Virus record (IMG/VR): IMGVR_UViG_3300029258_004290
Span: 22,915 to 86,914 of that record
Source: a virus
Reading direction: 5' to 3' (one strand)
DNA length: 64,000 nt
A program made the position numbers and the translations under genes. This document shows, piece after piece, positions 20,401-28,112 of this stretch. Numbering within the stretch: position 1 is the first letter of the stretch; each line of letters starts with the position of its first letter. Below the pieces are notes generated by a model, which was not told where the DNA came from, searched no databases, and saw only the letters and a program-made list of their open reading frames with translations.

Positions 20401-22170
20401 ACCCTGCAGCGCGAGAAGAACTCCGGCGCGTACCTCTGCAGCACGGCGGAGTATACGGCGCGGTTCTTCGAGCAGTACGCCGCGTGGAAGCACCGCGGCA
20501 AGGAGATCGACGGGCCGGCCGGGTTCCTCAAGTGGGAGCGGTACCTCCGGCGGTCGCACTACTTCACCGAGGCGGAGTTCAAGGCGCTGCTCCCCCACTT
20601 CAAGGCCGCGTGCAGGGAGCGGATGGGCGAGAAGTTCCTCAAGTCGCTCCTCCGCCGGCTCACGCTGCTCCTGAAGGGCAAGGGCTTCCCGGTCGGGACC
20701 ATCCGGAAGATGGCCGGCCTGTGGCACAAGAAGCTCCCGACCGGGAAGTGGTGGCCGCTGAAGAAGGACGAGGTGAAGGCGCACGAGGCCATGCTCAAGG
20801 AGAAGGGCCTCCTGAAGCCGGGCGAGGAGCAGAAGCCGCGCAGGCGGAAGAAGAAGGGCGAGGCGCAGGACAAGGCGCCGCCGCCCCCGCCGGGGCCGGT
20901 CGGCGAGATGGCCGCCGCGATCGTGAAGAACAACCCGAGCGCCGGCAGGATCAAGCCGACGCCGGGGGCGACGTCCCAGAACTACGCCGTCCCCTACGAC
21001 TACGGCCAGCTCCTCGCCGAGTACACGAAGGACGACCCGGACCTCGCGGCGTCCGTGCTCAACGACCTCGAAGGGACGATGCGCGCCATCGCCCAGGCGT
21101 CGGGCGGCGTGAGCCCCCCGAACAGCGGCGCCTTCGCCGCGCTTCTCAACCGCATCACCGACTCAAACCTGCAGGCGATGCTGCTGGCCGCCCACAAGGG
21201 CGGGAAGTCGCTCGCCGGCCTCCGGGCGAAGATGCCGGCGTACGCGAAGCTCACCGGCAACAAAGAGTGGGACCTGCAGCGGAGGGAGTGGGCGACGTGG
21301 CCCGACCCGATGTCATCCAGGCAGGACGTCCACTACGCCATGCTCGGCGCCTGGGGCTCTAGCTCCGGGAAGCCGGGCGCGGTGCTGCTGCAGCAGACGG
21401 TCGGCGAGGTGCTCCTCGGGCGGAAGCCGTTCATCTGGCAGCACCTCGTGGCGAAGAAGGGCAAGGGCGGCAAGTTCCCCATCCACCCGAAGGTGCGCGA
21501 GACCGCGAAGGACGCGGTGCGCTGGCTGTACGCGCAGACGCAGCGGAGGCTCAAGGAGGTCGATGACATCAAGACGCTCCAGGACCTGGACTACAGGGGC
21601 AAGGACGCCGCCGCCCTGATGGACGCGGTCGGCGCGGAGCTCACGAGGGACATGCCGCCCGGCGACGCCAAAACCAAGCGCCTGGAGATCTACGCCGAGG
21701 TCGCCAAGTCGCTGCCGCGGGAGTACCCGACCTTCTTCGTATCCGAGCAGAACACCGTGCAGGTCATGCAGGCGATCGTGGCGATCGCCGCGGAACCGCT
21801 CAAGGCGGCCGGCCTGGACCAGCCGTACGGCATCGAAGTGACCGTCAGGAACGCGCTCAGGAAGGCCATGAAGGGGACGGCGGCGAAGGCCGGGTCGAAG
21901 GACAGGCTGGTCCTGTTCCGCGGCGTCAAGGCCCCGACCGTCGCGCGCAACGCCGTCGAAAGCTGGACCCGCCGCAAGTCCACCGCCGACAGCTTCGACC
22001 ACCACAAGGTGTTCCGCGAGGAGGTCCCGCTCTCGCAGATCCTTGCGTTCCCCAAGACCGACAGCAAGCTCGCGGCGAACGAGGGCAAGTACGGAGAGGA
22101 CGAGTTCCTCCTCCTAGCCACACCACCGCTCGAGCACCTGGCCACGCAGGCCAAGGAGGCGCACTCATGA
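17416..22170 (+). CDS. large polyvalent protein: ART - HExxH peptidase/LPD1-like - ART
   Basis: Three tag segments; LYRG/ESWT/NEQEYMVL; AHELMHSWD plus YLCSTAEYTARFFEQY; LFRG/ESWT/GEDEFLLL. Confidence 0.85.
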   Translation: MKRRALRGLGGRRVEVLTPETEADAARLASAAAAGEADGRASFGDGRPLRKARRGMVLGRRGRLVPEKRTVTRGGRTFQQTVWVRPGERPKAPATAAAVARAIEPVVAEVKRMAPKWLAFRQQGEPAWGGKRKKETAAGLARSAMHDWDIGKQVTAILRKRPRLAAAFFNDMEGVNRELKRQTGLAMDYARFGEIDLLDTMKAAAASGESLAGFRAQAKGLGERYDKGRIIDNPRYDRGLRWVATMHDPTSTTEEIQHAMLAQWERGGLGANAVTHQIVQSAFAGKPVRDAGIPDVMVEKAKHAVLDLYRRTQDALRARGEKKIRLYRGVQTMAGGNILESWTPDEEMATFFANIGKFKGKVRRGNIPAARVLATYDTPPGEGILRDNEQEYMVLTKRPDAFGKSMAWILEKARAGLVQREVQVKGRRRFYFAKRWVKVGPEEDDLEPMALSTMPKPVGYITPSGNVRRLSKAGRYGWGKASRAQLERWRDVITGKAAPETEAERLGRREYEAGEYGGTPPGYEHKHGKMPDGSPPPGDGSRATPERMLAECPKIGEALRNMAGPWDYLGSHGDQRMFFDAYSGKDAVPVEYQDRFCQDYEFAFKTWRAAAPDGSPRRGIPTPHELVSKLPGVKGVLGRLKGAQVKKAAKWLWDHLASVAWGSFVKGVKTVTEAQRAQADAWIAAFKDPEGMGISYAGARALALYSDACHREAEAQSYTKQRTKRLVAGMKNAEGYDFAGRQITPKEAKGIDAMLGRIRGLVPSANRLATAWQLRVNVIALGSIKGPTGQGVAGQYWPDLGPEDAAGEPETWRKRGVKSRELDLDYKHTYAVAHELMHSWDDAAKKGIAVDPGAGAPKARGSIGWKFRELMGDAMVENGTLARWYRFGTDAAIPTTANEREYRDASDKLAYAVGEPEASITAQLVRFTHTKHGSRVKTLDAVSKAFRKAATEAGLTESESGVFWKDVRHTWEARRSPFARLVRTKYGTRKETVYETLQREKNSGAYLCSTAEYTARFFEQYAAWKHRGKEIDGPAGFLKWERYLRRSHYFTEAEFKALLPHFKAACRERMGEKFLKSLLRRLTLLLKGKGFPVGTIRKMAGLWHKKLPTGKWWPLKKDEVKAHEAMLKEKGLLKPGEEQKPRRRKKKGEAQDKAPPPPPGPVGEMAAAIVKNNPSAGRIKPTPGATSQNYAVPYDYGQLLAEYTKDDPDLAASVLNDLEGTMRAIAQASGGVSPPNSGAFAALLNRITDSNLQAMLLAAHKGGKSLAGLRAKMPAYAKLTGNKEWDLQRREWATWPDPMSSRQDVHYAMLGAWGSSSGKPGAVLLQQTVGEVLLGRKPFIWQHLVAKKGKGGKFPIHPKVRETAKDAVRWLYAQTQRRLKEVDDIKTLQDLDYRGKDAAALMDAVGAELTRDMPPGDAKTKRLEIYAEVAKSLPREYPTFFVSEQNTVQVMQAIVAIAAEPLKAAGLDQPYGIEVTVRNALRKAMKGTAAKAGSKDRLVLFRGVKAPTVARNAVESWTRRKSTADSFDHHKVFREEVPLSQILAFPKTDSKLAANEGKYGEDEFLLLATPPLEHLATQAKEAHS

Positions 22171-22811
22171 GGCTCATAGTCTTCACCAAGGCGAAGAAGG
22201 AGACCGCCCCCTCGTCCCGGCCGCCGAAGGGCTGGTGGGAGAGGGTCACGGCCGCTCTCGGGGGGGAGAAGGGCGTCAAGTCGGTCCGCCGCCTCGCCGG
22301 CTGGATTTGGTACCACGGGATCAAGACCGGCAAGGGCCGCCAGGAGCGGCGGAAGGCCGAGGGGAAGACGTACCGGTGGCGCGAGGGCGAGAAGAAGAAG
22401 GGCACCAGGAAGTCCCTGGCCGCGGTCTTCTCGCCGTCCGCGATGCGTAAGTCCCGTGTCGGCGAGGAGGACTTCGGCAAGAAGTTCGCGGCCCTGGTCA
22501 AGAAGGGCGACCTGTCCGACGAGACGTTCCACGCCTGGGCCAAGCGCCAGGGCTGGGACGAGCACCGGGCCGAGGAGGCCGCGTACCGGATGCTCGCGTC
22601 CTTCCTGGGTGGCGGACTCGCCAGGAAGAAGGGCTTCACCGAGAAGGACGCCGACCCGAAGGAGCTCCGCCTGGGCGTCAAGGTCGAGATGGAGCACACC
22701 AACTCCAGGTGGATCGCGAAGCGCATCGCGCTCGACCACCTGGCCGAGAACCCGCGGTACTACTCCGAGGTCCTCCTGCCGGCCGAGAAGAGGGCGGGGT
22801 CAGCGCACTGA
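22167..22811 (+). CDS. hypothetical protein with C-terminal DUF5661-like domain
   Basis: ELRLGVKVEMEHT...AKRIALDHLAENPRYYS. Confidence 0.7.
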   Translation: MRLIVFTKAKKETAPSSRPPKGWWERVTAALGGEKGVKSVRRLAGWIWYHGIKTGKGRQERRKAEGKTYRWREGEKKKGTRKSLAAVFSPSAMRKSRVGEEDFGKKFAALVKKGDLSDETFHAWAKRQGWDEHRAEEAAYRMLASFLGGGLARKKGFTEKDADPKELRLGVKVEMEHTNSRWIAKRIALDHLAENPRYYSEVLLPAEKRAGSAH

Positions 22812-23053
22812 TGCCGCTGGCCGGAGGAAAGGAGCCCACCGGGAAGGACAAGGCCCGGTGGGAGGAGGCGAAGGCCGCGGCCCGGAAGAAGGGGCTGAAG
22901 GGCGATCGCTTCTGGGCGTACGCGAACTCGATCTACCAGACCCGCGCCGGGCGGAAGTCTTGGGCCGATGACCTCGAGGCGCACCACCGCTTCAAGTACG
23001 GCGAGCCCGGGGTCACGCGCATACGCTTTTACGTGAGGAGGGGCATCCATTGA
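22811..23053 (+). CDS. small head-module hypothetical protein
   Basis: TGATG coupling; WEEAKAAARKKG...WAYANSIY helical pattern. Confidence 0.65.
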   Translation: MPLAGGKEPTGKDKARWEEAKAAARKKGLKGDRFWAYANSIYQTRAGRKSWADDLEAHHRFKYGEPGVTRIRFYVRRGIH

Positions 23054-23277
23054 AGCGGCACAAGGTGCTCGCCTGGGACGGCGGCACGGTCGAGGTCGTC
23101 GAGGCGGAGAACGAGAGGGACGCGGCGGAGATCCTGAGGGGGGTCAGGTCCGGCGCGATCGACGGGCGTGCGAGCCACGCGGACATGAGGGAGTCCGTGC
23201 GGCGCGGCGAGCTCGGCAGGTCGCACCCGACGGGGCCGACCCGGCGGCTGACGATCCGGCGCAAGCGGCGCCGCTAG
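23050..23277 (+). CDS. hypothetical protein
   Basis: GAGGAGG RBS before TTG; coupled to upstream stop. Confidence 0.5.
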   Translation: MKRHKVLAWDGGTVEVVEAENERDAAEILRGVRSGAIDGRASHADMRESVRRGELGRSHPTGPTRRLTIRRKRRR

Positions 23278-23281
23278 CGAC

Positions 23282-23295
23282 ACAACGGTAGGGAG
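23282..23295 (+). promoter_or_regulatory. conserved upstream motif ACAACGGTAGGGAG (also 28090-28103; core CAACGGTAG at 24421-24429)
   Basis: Identical 14-mer in two short intergenic gaps of the head module, core in a third. Confidence 0.5.
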
Positions 23296-23300
23296 AGACC

Positions 23301-24395
23301 ATGGGGAAGGAGAGGGAGCTGACGCTCCGCGTCCGCCTGGACGGCGACGACGGGGAGCGGCGCGCCAGGCTCGCCAGGGGCGTGGCCGTCATGGCCAAGG
23401 CGCTCCGGACGCGGGCCAAGATTAGCGACGGCGACCCGCAGGCGCACCAGAAGGAGGTGCCCCTGCCGGTCGTCGCGGAGGTCGAGGAGGAGTTCAAGCG
23501 GCTCGGGCACGCGATCGGTCAGGAGCTCGCGGTCCTGGTGGCGAGGCACACGGGCCTGCTGTCCAAGGCTGCGGCCCCGTTCAGGCTGGGGACGAGGGTC
23601 TTCGTCGACCCGGCGACCGGCAAGCCGCTCACCCAGCGGCAGTGGAACCGCCTGACCAGGGCGATCGACGGCTACATCAAGCAGAGGATCGGCGGCGCGG
23701 CCGAGCGCCTGGTCGCGCGGCAGACGGCGCTCGGGGCCATCACGCAGCGGCTCGAGGCGCGCGGCCAGGACCCGGAGGCGCTGAAGCTGGCGGACATCCG
23801 GCAGCCGCTGCCCGCGTCCGCGAAGGCCGCGTCCGCCATCTTCAAGGAGGCGGCGCTGGCGGCGCGGCCCGCGTTCAACACCGAGCGGACGGCGCAGTAC
23901 GTGACCTCCGCCTCGGAGAAGATGCGGAACGACATCAAGCGCGTCATCAACGACGGTCTGTCGCAGCGGAAGGGCCGGGGCCAGATGGCCCAGGAGCTCC
24001 TCGAGCTGCGGGGCAAGTGGAACCGGGACTGGGACCGGATCGTCGAGACCGAGAGCCAGGACGCCTTCAACGACGGGTACCTGGCCTCGGAGCTCGACCA
24101 GGCCGACCCCGGGGAACCGGTCTACATGGTCGGGAAGGGGGCGGCGAACGCCTGCCCGGTCTGCCGGCGGGACGTCGTCGGCCGGGTGGTGCGGCTCCTG
24201 CCCGGCCCCCCGGAGGGCGGAGGGGAGAAGATTCGCGACCCGCACACGGACACGGCCATCTGGCCCGGGAAGTCGAGCGTCGGGCACGGGGCGAAGGAGT
24301 CGTACGCCGTCATCACGCGGCACCCCTGGTGCTGCTGCCGCTGGGCCAGGACCTACCCAGAGGACATCGAGTTTGAGAACACGCCGGCCCCGTAG
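23301..24395 (+). CDS. MuF-like minor head (head morphogenesis) protein
   Basis: RDWDRIVETE..AFNDG, ACPVC, HPWCCCRW (HPxCRC-type) between portal and protease. Confidence 0.8.
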   Translation: MGKERELTLRVRLDGDDGERRARLARGVAVMAKALRTRAKISDGDPQAHQKEVPLPVVAEVEEEFKRLGHAIGQELAVLVARHTGLLSKAAAPFRLGTRVFVDPATGKPLTQRQWNRLTRAIDGYIKQRIGGAAERLVARQTALGAITQRLEARGQDPEALKLADIRQPLPASAKAASAIFKEAALAARPAFNTERTAQYVTSASEKMRNDIKRVINDGLSQRKGRGQMAQELLELRGKWNRDWDRIVETESQDAFNDGYLASELDQADPGEPVYMVGKGAANACPVCRRDVVGRVVRLLPGPPEGGGEKIRDPHTDTAIWPGKSSVGHGAKESYAVITRHPWCCCRWARTYPEDIEFENTPAP

Positions 24396-24443
24396 GACGC
24401 TTCCGCAGGCGCTAAGGGCCCAACGGTAGTTAGAGAACCCTAT

Positions 24444-24833
24444 ATGTCGAACCAATGGAAAAAGGATCATCCCGAGAAGGCGCGCGAGATTGGAAGGGCG
24501 GCGTCCGCCCGCTTTCGCGTTAAGCATCCGCGCCGGCACAAGGACCAGTACATCCGCTGGAAATACGGTATCAGTTTGAAGGAGTTTGAGACCCTGCTCA
24601 AGGCTCAGGGGTATTGCTGCGCTATTTGTGGTGGCAATCTACGTGGGCGGCGGAGAAAGAACATCGACCACGACCATGAGACCGGTGAAGTGCGCGGGGT
24701 CCTCTGCTATGCCTGTAACTTGATGCTCGGGTTTGGGCGGGATAACCCGGAAACCCTGAGGCGCGCTGCGAAATATCTCGAAGCCGAGAAAGGGTCCGTC
24801 CTCTGGCTGGTAAGGAGCGAGGCCAATGGATAA
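24444..24833 (+). CDS. free-standing endonuclease VII-type (HNH-like) homing endonuclease
   Basis: KYGISL.EF..LL..Q...[31 protein letters not shown]; AT-richer than flanks. Confidence 0.88.
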   Translation: MSNQWKKDHPEKAREIGRAASARFRVKHPRRHKDQYIRWKYGISLKEFETLLKAQGYCCAICGGNLRGRRRKNIDHDHETGEVRGVLCYACNLMLGFGRDNPETLRRAAKYLEAEKGSVLWLVRSEANG

Positions 24834-25698
24834 ATACGCGTATATCACTCTGCCGTCCATTCTCATTAAGGCAGATAAAAAGGAGAAGGACATCCTCTAT
24901 TTGGAGGCGTCCAATCCGCAGGTTGACCAGCAAAGAGAGAAGGTGCTGCCATCCGCGCTTGAAGACGAGGCGCACAACTTCCTCAAGTCCGGCGTCATTA
25001 GCTGGGATCACCAGCACAAAATCCGTCAAGACCCGTCTTACATCATCGGGGAGCCCCTCGACGTCCGTGTCGGGAAGAAGCGCGCAACCCTGGTGAAGGC
25101 GCGGATCTACCGGGACTGCCGGTACGGGAGGGCGGTGCTCGAGCTCGCGAAGTCCGCGTGCACCCGCCTGGGCGCCAGTATCGGCGGCTTCATTGTGAAG
25201 AGGGTCACGCAGTTCGACGCGGCCCTGAAGAAGTCCATCCCCACGATCGCGAAGATCCTGTGGGACGAGGTGGCCATCACCCATCGGGCCGTCAACGCCG
25301 CGACCGCGGCGGCCGGCGGCGGGCAGGGCGTGTCGATCACGCCCTTCGCGGAGTTCGCGAAGAGCTGGATCCTGGACGAGGCCGAGCGGGCGGAGGTCAT
25401 CAAGGGCCTGACCGCCGGCTACGGGACGGACGCCGCGGCGTACGCGGGCGGCCGCGCCCTCCAGAAGGAGAGCCTCATGGGGGCGAAGGAGCCGATGGAC
25501 TCGCAGCACCGCCGGCACCTGCAGGGGGCGTTCGTGGACCTGCTGCGCCACCTGTCGACCGGGCAGGTGCGGCACTACGGGGATTTGACGAGGGTGCTCC
25601 GCGCCCACGGCGCGGAGGACGCGGCGGACGAGGCCGCGAAGCTCATCGTGGAGAATAAAGACCGACTCAAGCGCATGCTACCAACCATAAGGAGGTAA
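24826..25698 (+). CDS. prohead protease
   Basis: [39 protein letters not shown] (His/Ser assemblin-like motifs); position before scaffold and capsid. Confidence 0.85.
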   Translation: MDKYAYITLPSILIKADKKEKDILYLEASNPQVDQQREKVLPSALEDEAHNFLKSGVISWDHQHKIRQDPSYIIGEPLDVRVGKKRATLVKARIYRDCRYGRAVLELAKSACTRLGASIGGFIVKRVTQFDAALKKSIPTIAKILWDEVAITHRAVNAATAAAGGGQGVSITPFAEFAKSWILDEAERAEVIKGLTAGYGTDAAAYAGGRALQKESLMGAKEPMDSQHRRHLQGAFVDLLRHLSTGQVRHYGDLTRVLRAHGAEDAADEAAKLIVENKDRLKRMLPTIRR

Positions 25699-25705
25699 GA
25701 ACGGC

Positions 25706-26584
25706 ATGGACGTGACGAAGGAAGCCAGGGACCTGGCGCGCCTGCTCAAGTCCGCCGCGGGCGGCGAGGCCGCCGCGGAGGCCGAGGCCGAGGAGTCGCC
25801 CACGCGGGCGGCGTTCGACCAGGCCGCCGAGGAGCTCCGGAAGGCCGCGGGCCTCCCGGGTCCCGAGGACGAGGACGAGGAGACGGACGCCGGCGACGAC
25901 GACGCGGAGGAGGCCCCTGAGGCCGACGCCGACGACGAGGCAACCGAGGAGAGCGGCGAGGACGCCGCCGACGACACGGAGCCGACCCCGGAGAACCTGA
26001 AGAAGGCCTGGGACGACTTCATGAAGAAGAAGAAGAACGGGAAGAAGAACGGGAAGAAGGGCAAGAAGGACAACGAGGACGACGACGACGAGGAGGACGA
26101 GGCCTACAAGTCCCGCGCCGTCGCCGAGACCGTCGCCGCCGACCCGGAGGCCGAGGCGGCCATGGACATCGAGCCCTTCCTCAAGGCGCTCGTCCACGGC
26201 ATCGACCGCCGGCTCGACGCGATCGAGGCGACCGTCGCCAAGGCCGCCAAGGCCCAGGAGGCGGTGTTCGCGGTCCAGAAGAGCGCGGCGGGCCTGGCCC
26301 TGTCGCACGGCGACCTGGTCCGCGAGGTCCACGAGGTCGTCTCCGCGGCCGGCGGCCAGCCCGCGGAGCGCCGCGGCAGGCTCCGCGTCGTCGAGCGCTT
26401 CGGGAAGAGCGCCGCCGAGGACGGCGCCGACTACGACCCCCAGGAGGCGAAGGCCAAGCTGCTCGAGCTCGCCAAGAGCAAGGCGCTGTCGCCGGAGCAG
26501 ATCGGGGTCTGCGAGATGCGGATCAACCACGGGCAGGAGCTGCCCGCCTACTTCGCGAAGCACTTCGCCGGGTCCGGCGAGTAG
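25706..26584 (+). CDS. capsid scaffolding protein
   Basis: Acidic/coiled; between protease and capsid; many hydrophobic-x-K|S/A sites. Confidence 0.75.
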   Translation: MDVTKEARDLARLLKSAAGGEAAAEAEAEESPTRAAFDQAAEELRKAAGLPGPEDEDEETDAGDDDAEEAPEADADDEATEESGEDAADDTEPTPENLKKAWDDFMKKKKNGKKNGKKGKKDNEDDDDEEDEAYKSRAVAETVAADPEAEAAMDIEPFLKALVHGIDRRLDAIEATVAKAAKAQEAVFAVQKSAAGLALSHGDLVREVHEVVSAAGGQPAERRGRLRVVERFGKSAAEDGADYDPQEAKAKLLELAKSKALSPEQIGVCEMRINHGQELPAYFAKHFAGSGE

Positions 26585-26619
26585 CCGAGCGCAGAGAGAA
26601 CACAAGGAGGTAAAGGGCA

Positions 26620-28011
26620 GTGGAAAACGCTGTTGTGGAACTTCTCGCGTCGCAGGCCGGTGACGGCTTCGCGATGGCGAACGACCTGGTGCTCGAGGAC
26701 CTGCAGAAGGCCCTGACCGCCGGGTACGGCACCGACGCCGCCACCTTCACGGGCGGCCGCGCGCTCATGCCCGAGTCCCTGGACACGACGCTCGTCTCCG
26801 TCCTGCACACGCAGGAGGAGGCCAAGCTCTTCCAGCGGCTCAAGAAGCAGCCGGTCAGCTCGACCGTGCACCAGTACGTGAAGCGGACCGAGGTCGGGGA
26901 CGACGACGGGGCGTTCGTCGCAGAGGGCGGCAACTCCCAGGAGAAGGACCAGACCCTCGCCCGCAAGATCGTCAACATGAAGTACCTGCAGACCAAGAGG
27001 CAGGCGACGATCCAGGCGGTCACGGCGAACACCATCGAGGACGCCATGGCCATCGAGCAGAACGCGGCGACCCTCTGGGTCATCCGCAACGTCGAGAAGA
27101 CCCTGTTCACCGGGAACAGCTCCTTCGTGACCGAGCAGTTCGACGGGCTCGACGCGCTCCTCACCACGCACGTCCTGGACATGCGCGGCGGGGACGCGAC
27201 CGGCTCGGCGTTCGAGAACAAGGTCAACGAGAGCTGCCGCCGCATCCGGGACTACTTCGGGAAGCCGAGCCTCATGCTCAGCTCGACGATGGTCATGGAG
27301 GACATCCAGAAGCTCCTCCGCGACCGGATCCGCGTCGGCACCGGGGAGATCGTCTCCGGCAACGTCGTCTTCAACGCCTACCCGACCAAGTTCGGGAAGC
27401 CGGAGCTCGAGGACGACGTGTTCATCAAGGAGGGGACCACGCCGGTCGCCTCCACGATCACCGCGTCCAGGCCGGGCGCGCCCACGATCAACTCCGAGGC
27501 CGCCGGCGCCCACGCCTCCAGCGAGTTCGCCGCGGCCGACGCCGGCGCCTACTGGTACAAGGTGGTCGCGGTCAACGCCTACGGCGACTCGACCGCCGAC
27601 ACCTCGTCCAGCGCCGTCACCGTCGCCTCGGGGGACCGCGTCACGCTCAACGTGACCGAGGGCTCCCCAGCCGCCACCGCGTACAAGGTCTACCGGAGCC
27701 AGAAGGGCGCGGCCACCGCGGCCGACTGCCGGTACGCCTTCACGGTCGCGCGCACCGCGGCCACCCAGGACATCTACGACACCAACTCGTTCCTGCCGGG
27801 GACGTCGAGCGTCTACATCCTCACGATGGAGGCGCTCTACAACGGCATCGAGTGGAACCAGTTCCTCCCGATGATGAAGTTCCCCCTGTTCCCGACCGCC
27901 GCCGCGGTCTACCCGTTCCTGATGCTTCTCTTCGGCGCGCTCAACGTGAAGAAGGAAGAGCAGATGGTCCGGATCAAGAACGTGGCCTACAGCGGGATGG
28001 GGTGGTTCTAG
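26620..28011 (+). CDS. major capsid protein (SPO1/Twort-like, with C-terminal Ig/FN3-like insertion)
   Basis: LQK|ALTAGYGTD...GRAL..ESLD, STVHQY, RKIVNMKYL, E..LF.GNS, FDGL; AAGGAGG RBS. Confidence 0.92.
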   Translation: MENAVVELLASQAGDGFAMANDLVLEDLQKALTAGYGTDAATFTGGRALMPESLDTTLVSVLHTQEEAKLFQRLKKQPVSSTVHQYVKRTEVGDDDGAFVAEGGNSQEKDQTLARKIVNMKYLQTKRQATIQAVTANTIEDAMAIEQNAATLWVIRNVEKTLFTGNSSFVTEQFDGLDALLTTHVLDMRGGDATGSAFENKVNESCRRIRDYFGKPSLMLSSTMVMEDIQKLLRDRIRVGTGEIVSGNVVFNAYPTKFGKPELEDDVFIKEGTTPVASTITASRPGAPTINSEAAGAHASSEFAAADAGAYWYKVVAVNAYGDSTADTSSSAVTVASGDRVTLNVTEGSPAATAYKVYRSQKGAATAADCRYAFTVARTAATQDIYDTNSFLPGTSSVYILTMEALYNGIEWNQFLPMMKFPLFPTAAAVYPFLMLLFGALNVKKEEQMVRIKNVAYSGMGWF

Positions 28012-28036
28012 GCCCCGCCACAACCGAGTGACTGAC

Positions 28037-28080
28037 GCGGGCGCGCCCGCCGGCATCGAGCCGGGCCAGGGCGCGCCCGC
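28037..28080 (+). terminator. GC-rich hairpin after capsid gene (no U-tract)
   Basis: GCGGGCGCGCCC (28037-28048) / GGGCGCGCCCGC (28069-28080). Confidence 0.45.
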
Positions 28081-28112
28081 CCGCGCATAACAACGGTAGG
28101 GAGTGCAAAGAC

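Noticed and set aside
17269-20784. Very long minus-strand ORFs (1171 aa here; also 11457-14288, 49378-52131, 37062-39044 and others)
   Set aside because: Antisense shadows of GC-rich plus-strand genes: Arg/Pro/Leu/Val-rich, no motifs, and fully overlapping well-supported genes
24444-24833. Group I intron or intein carrying the endonuclease
   Set aside because: MuF and protease ORFs look complete on either side and there is no room for ribozyme core elements
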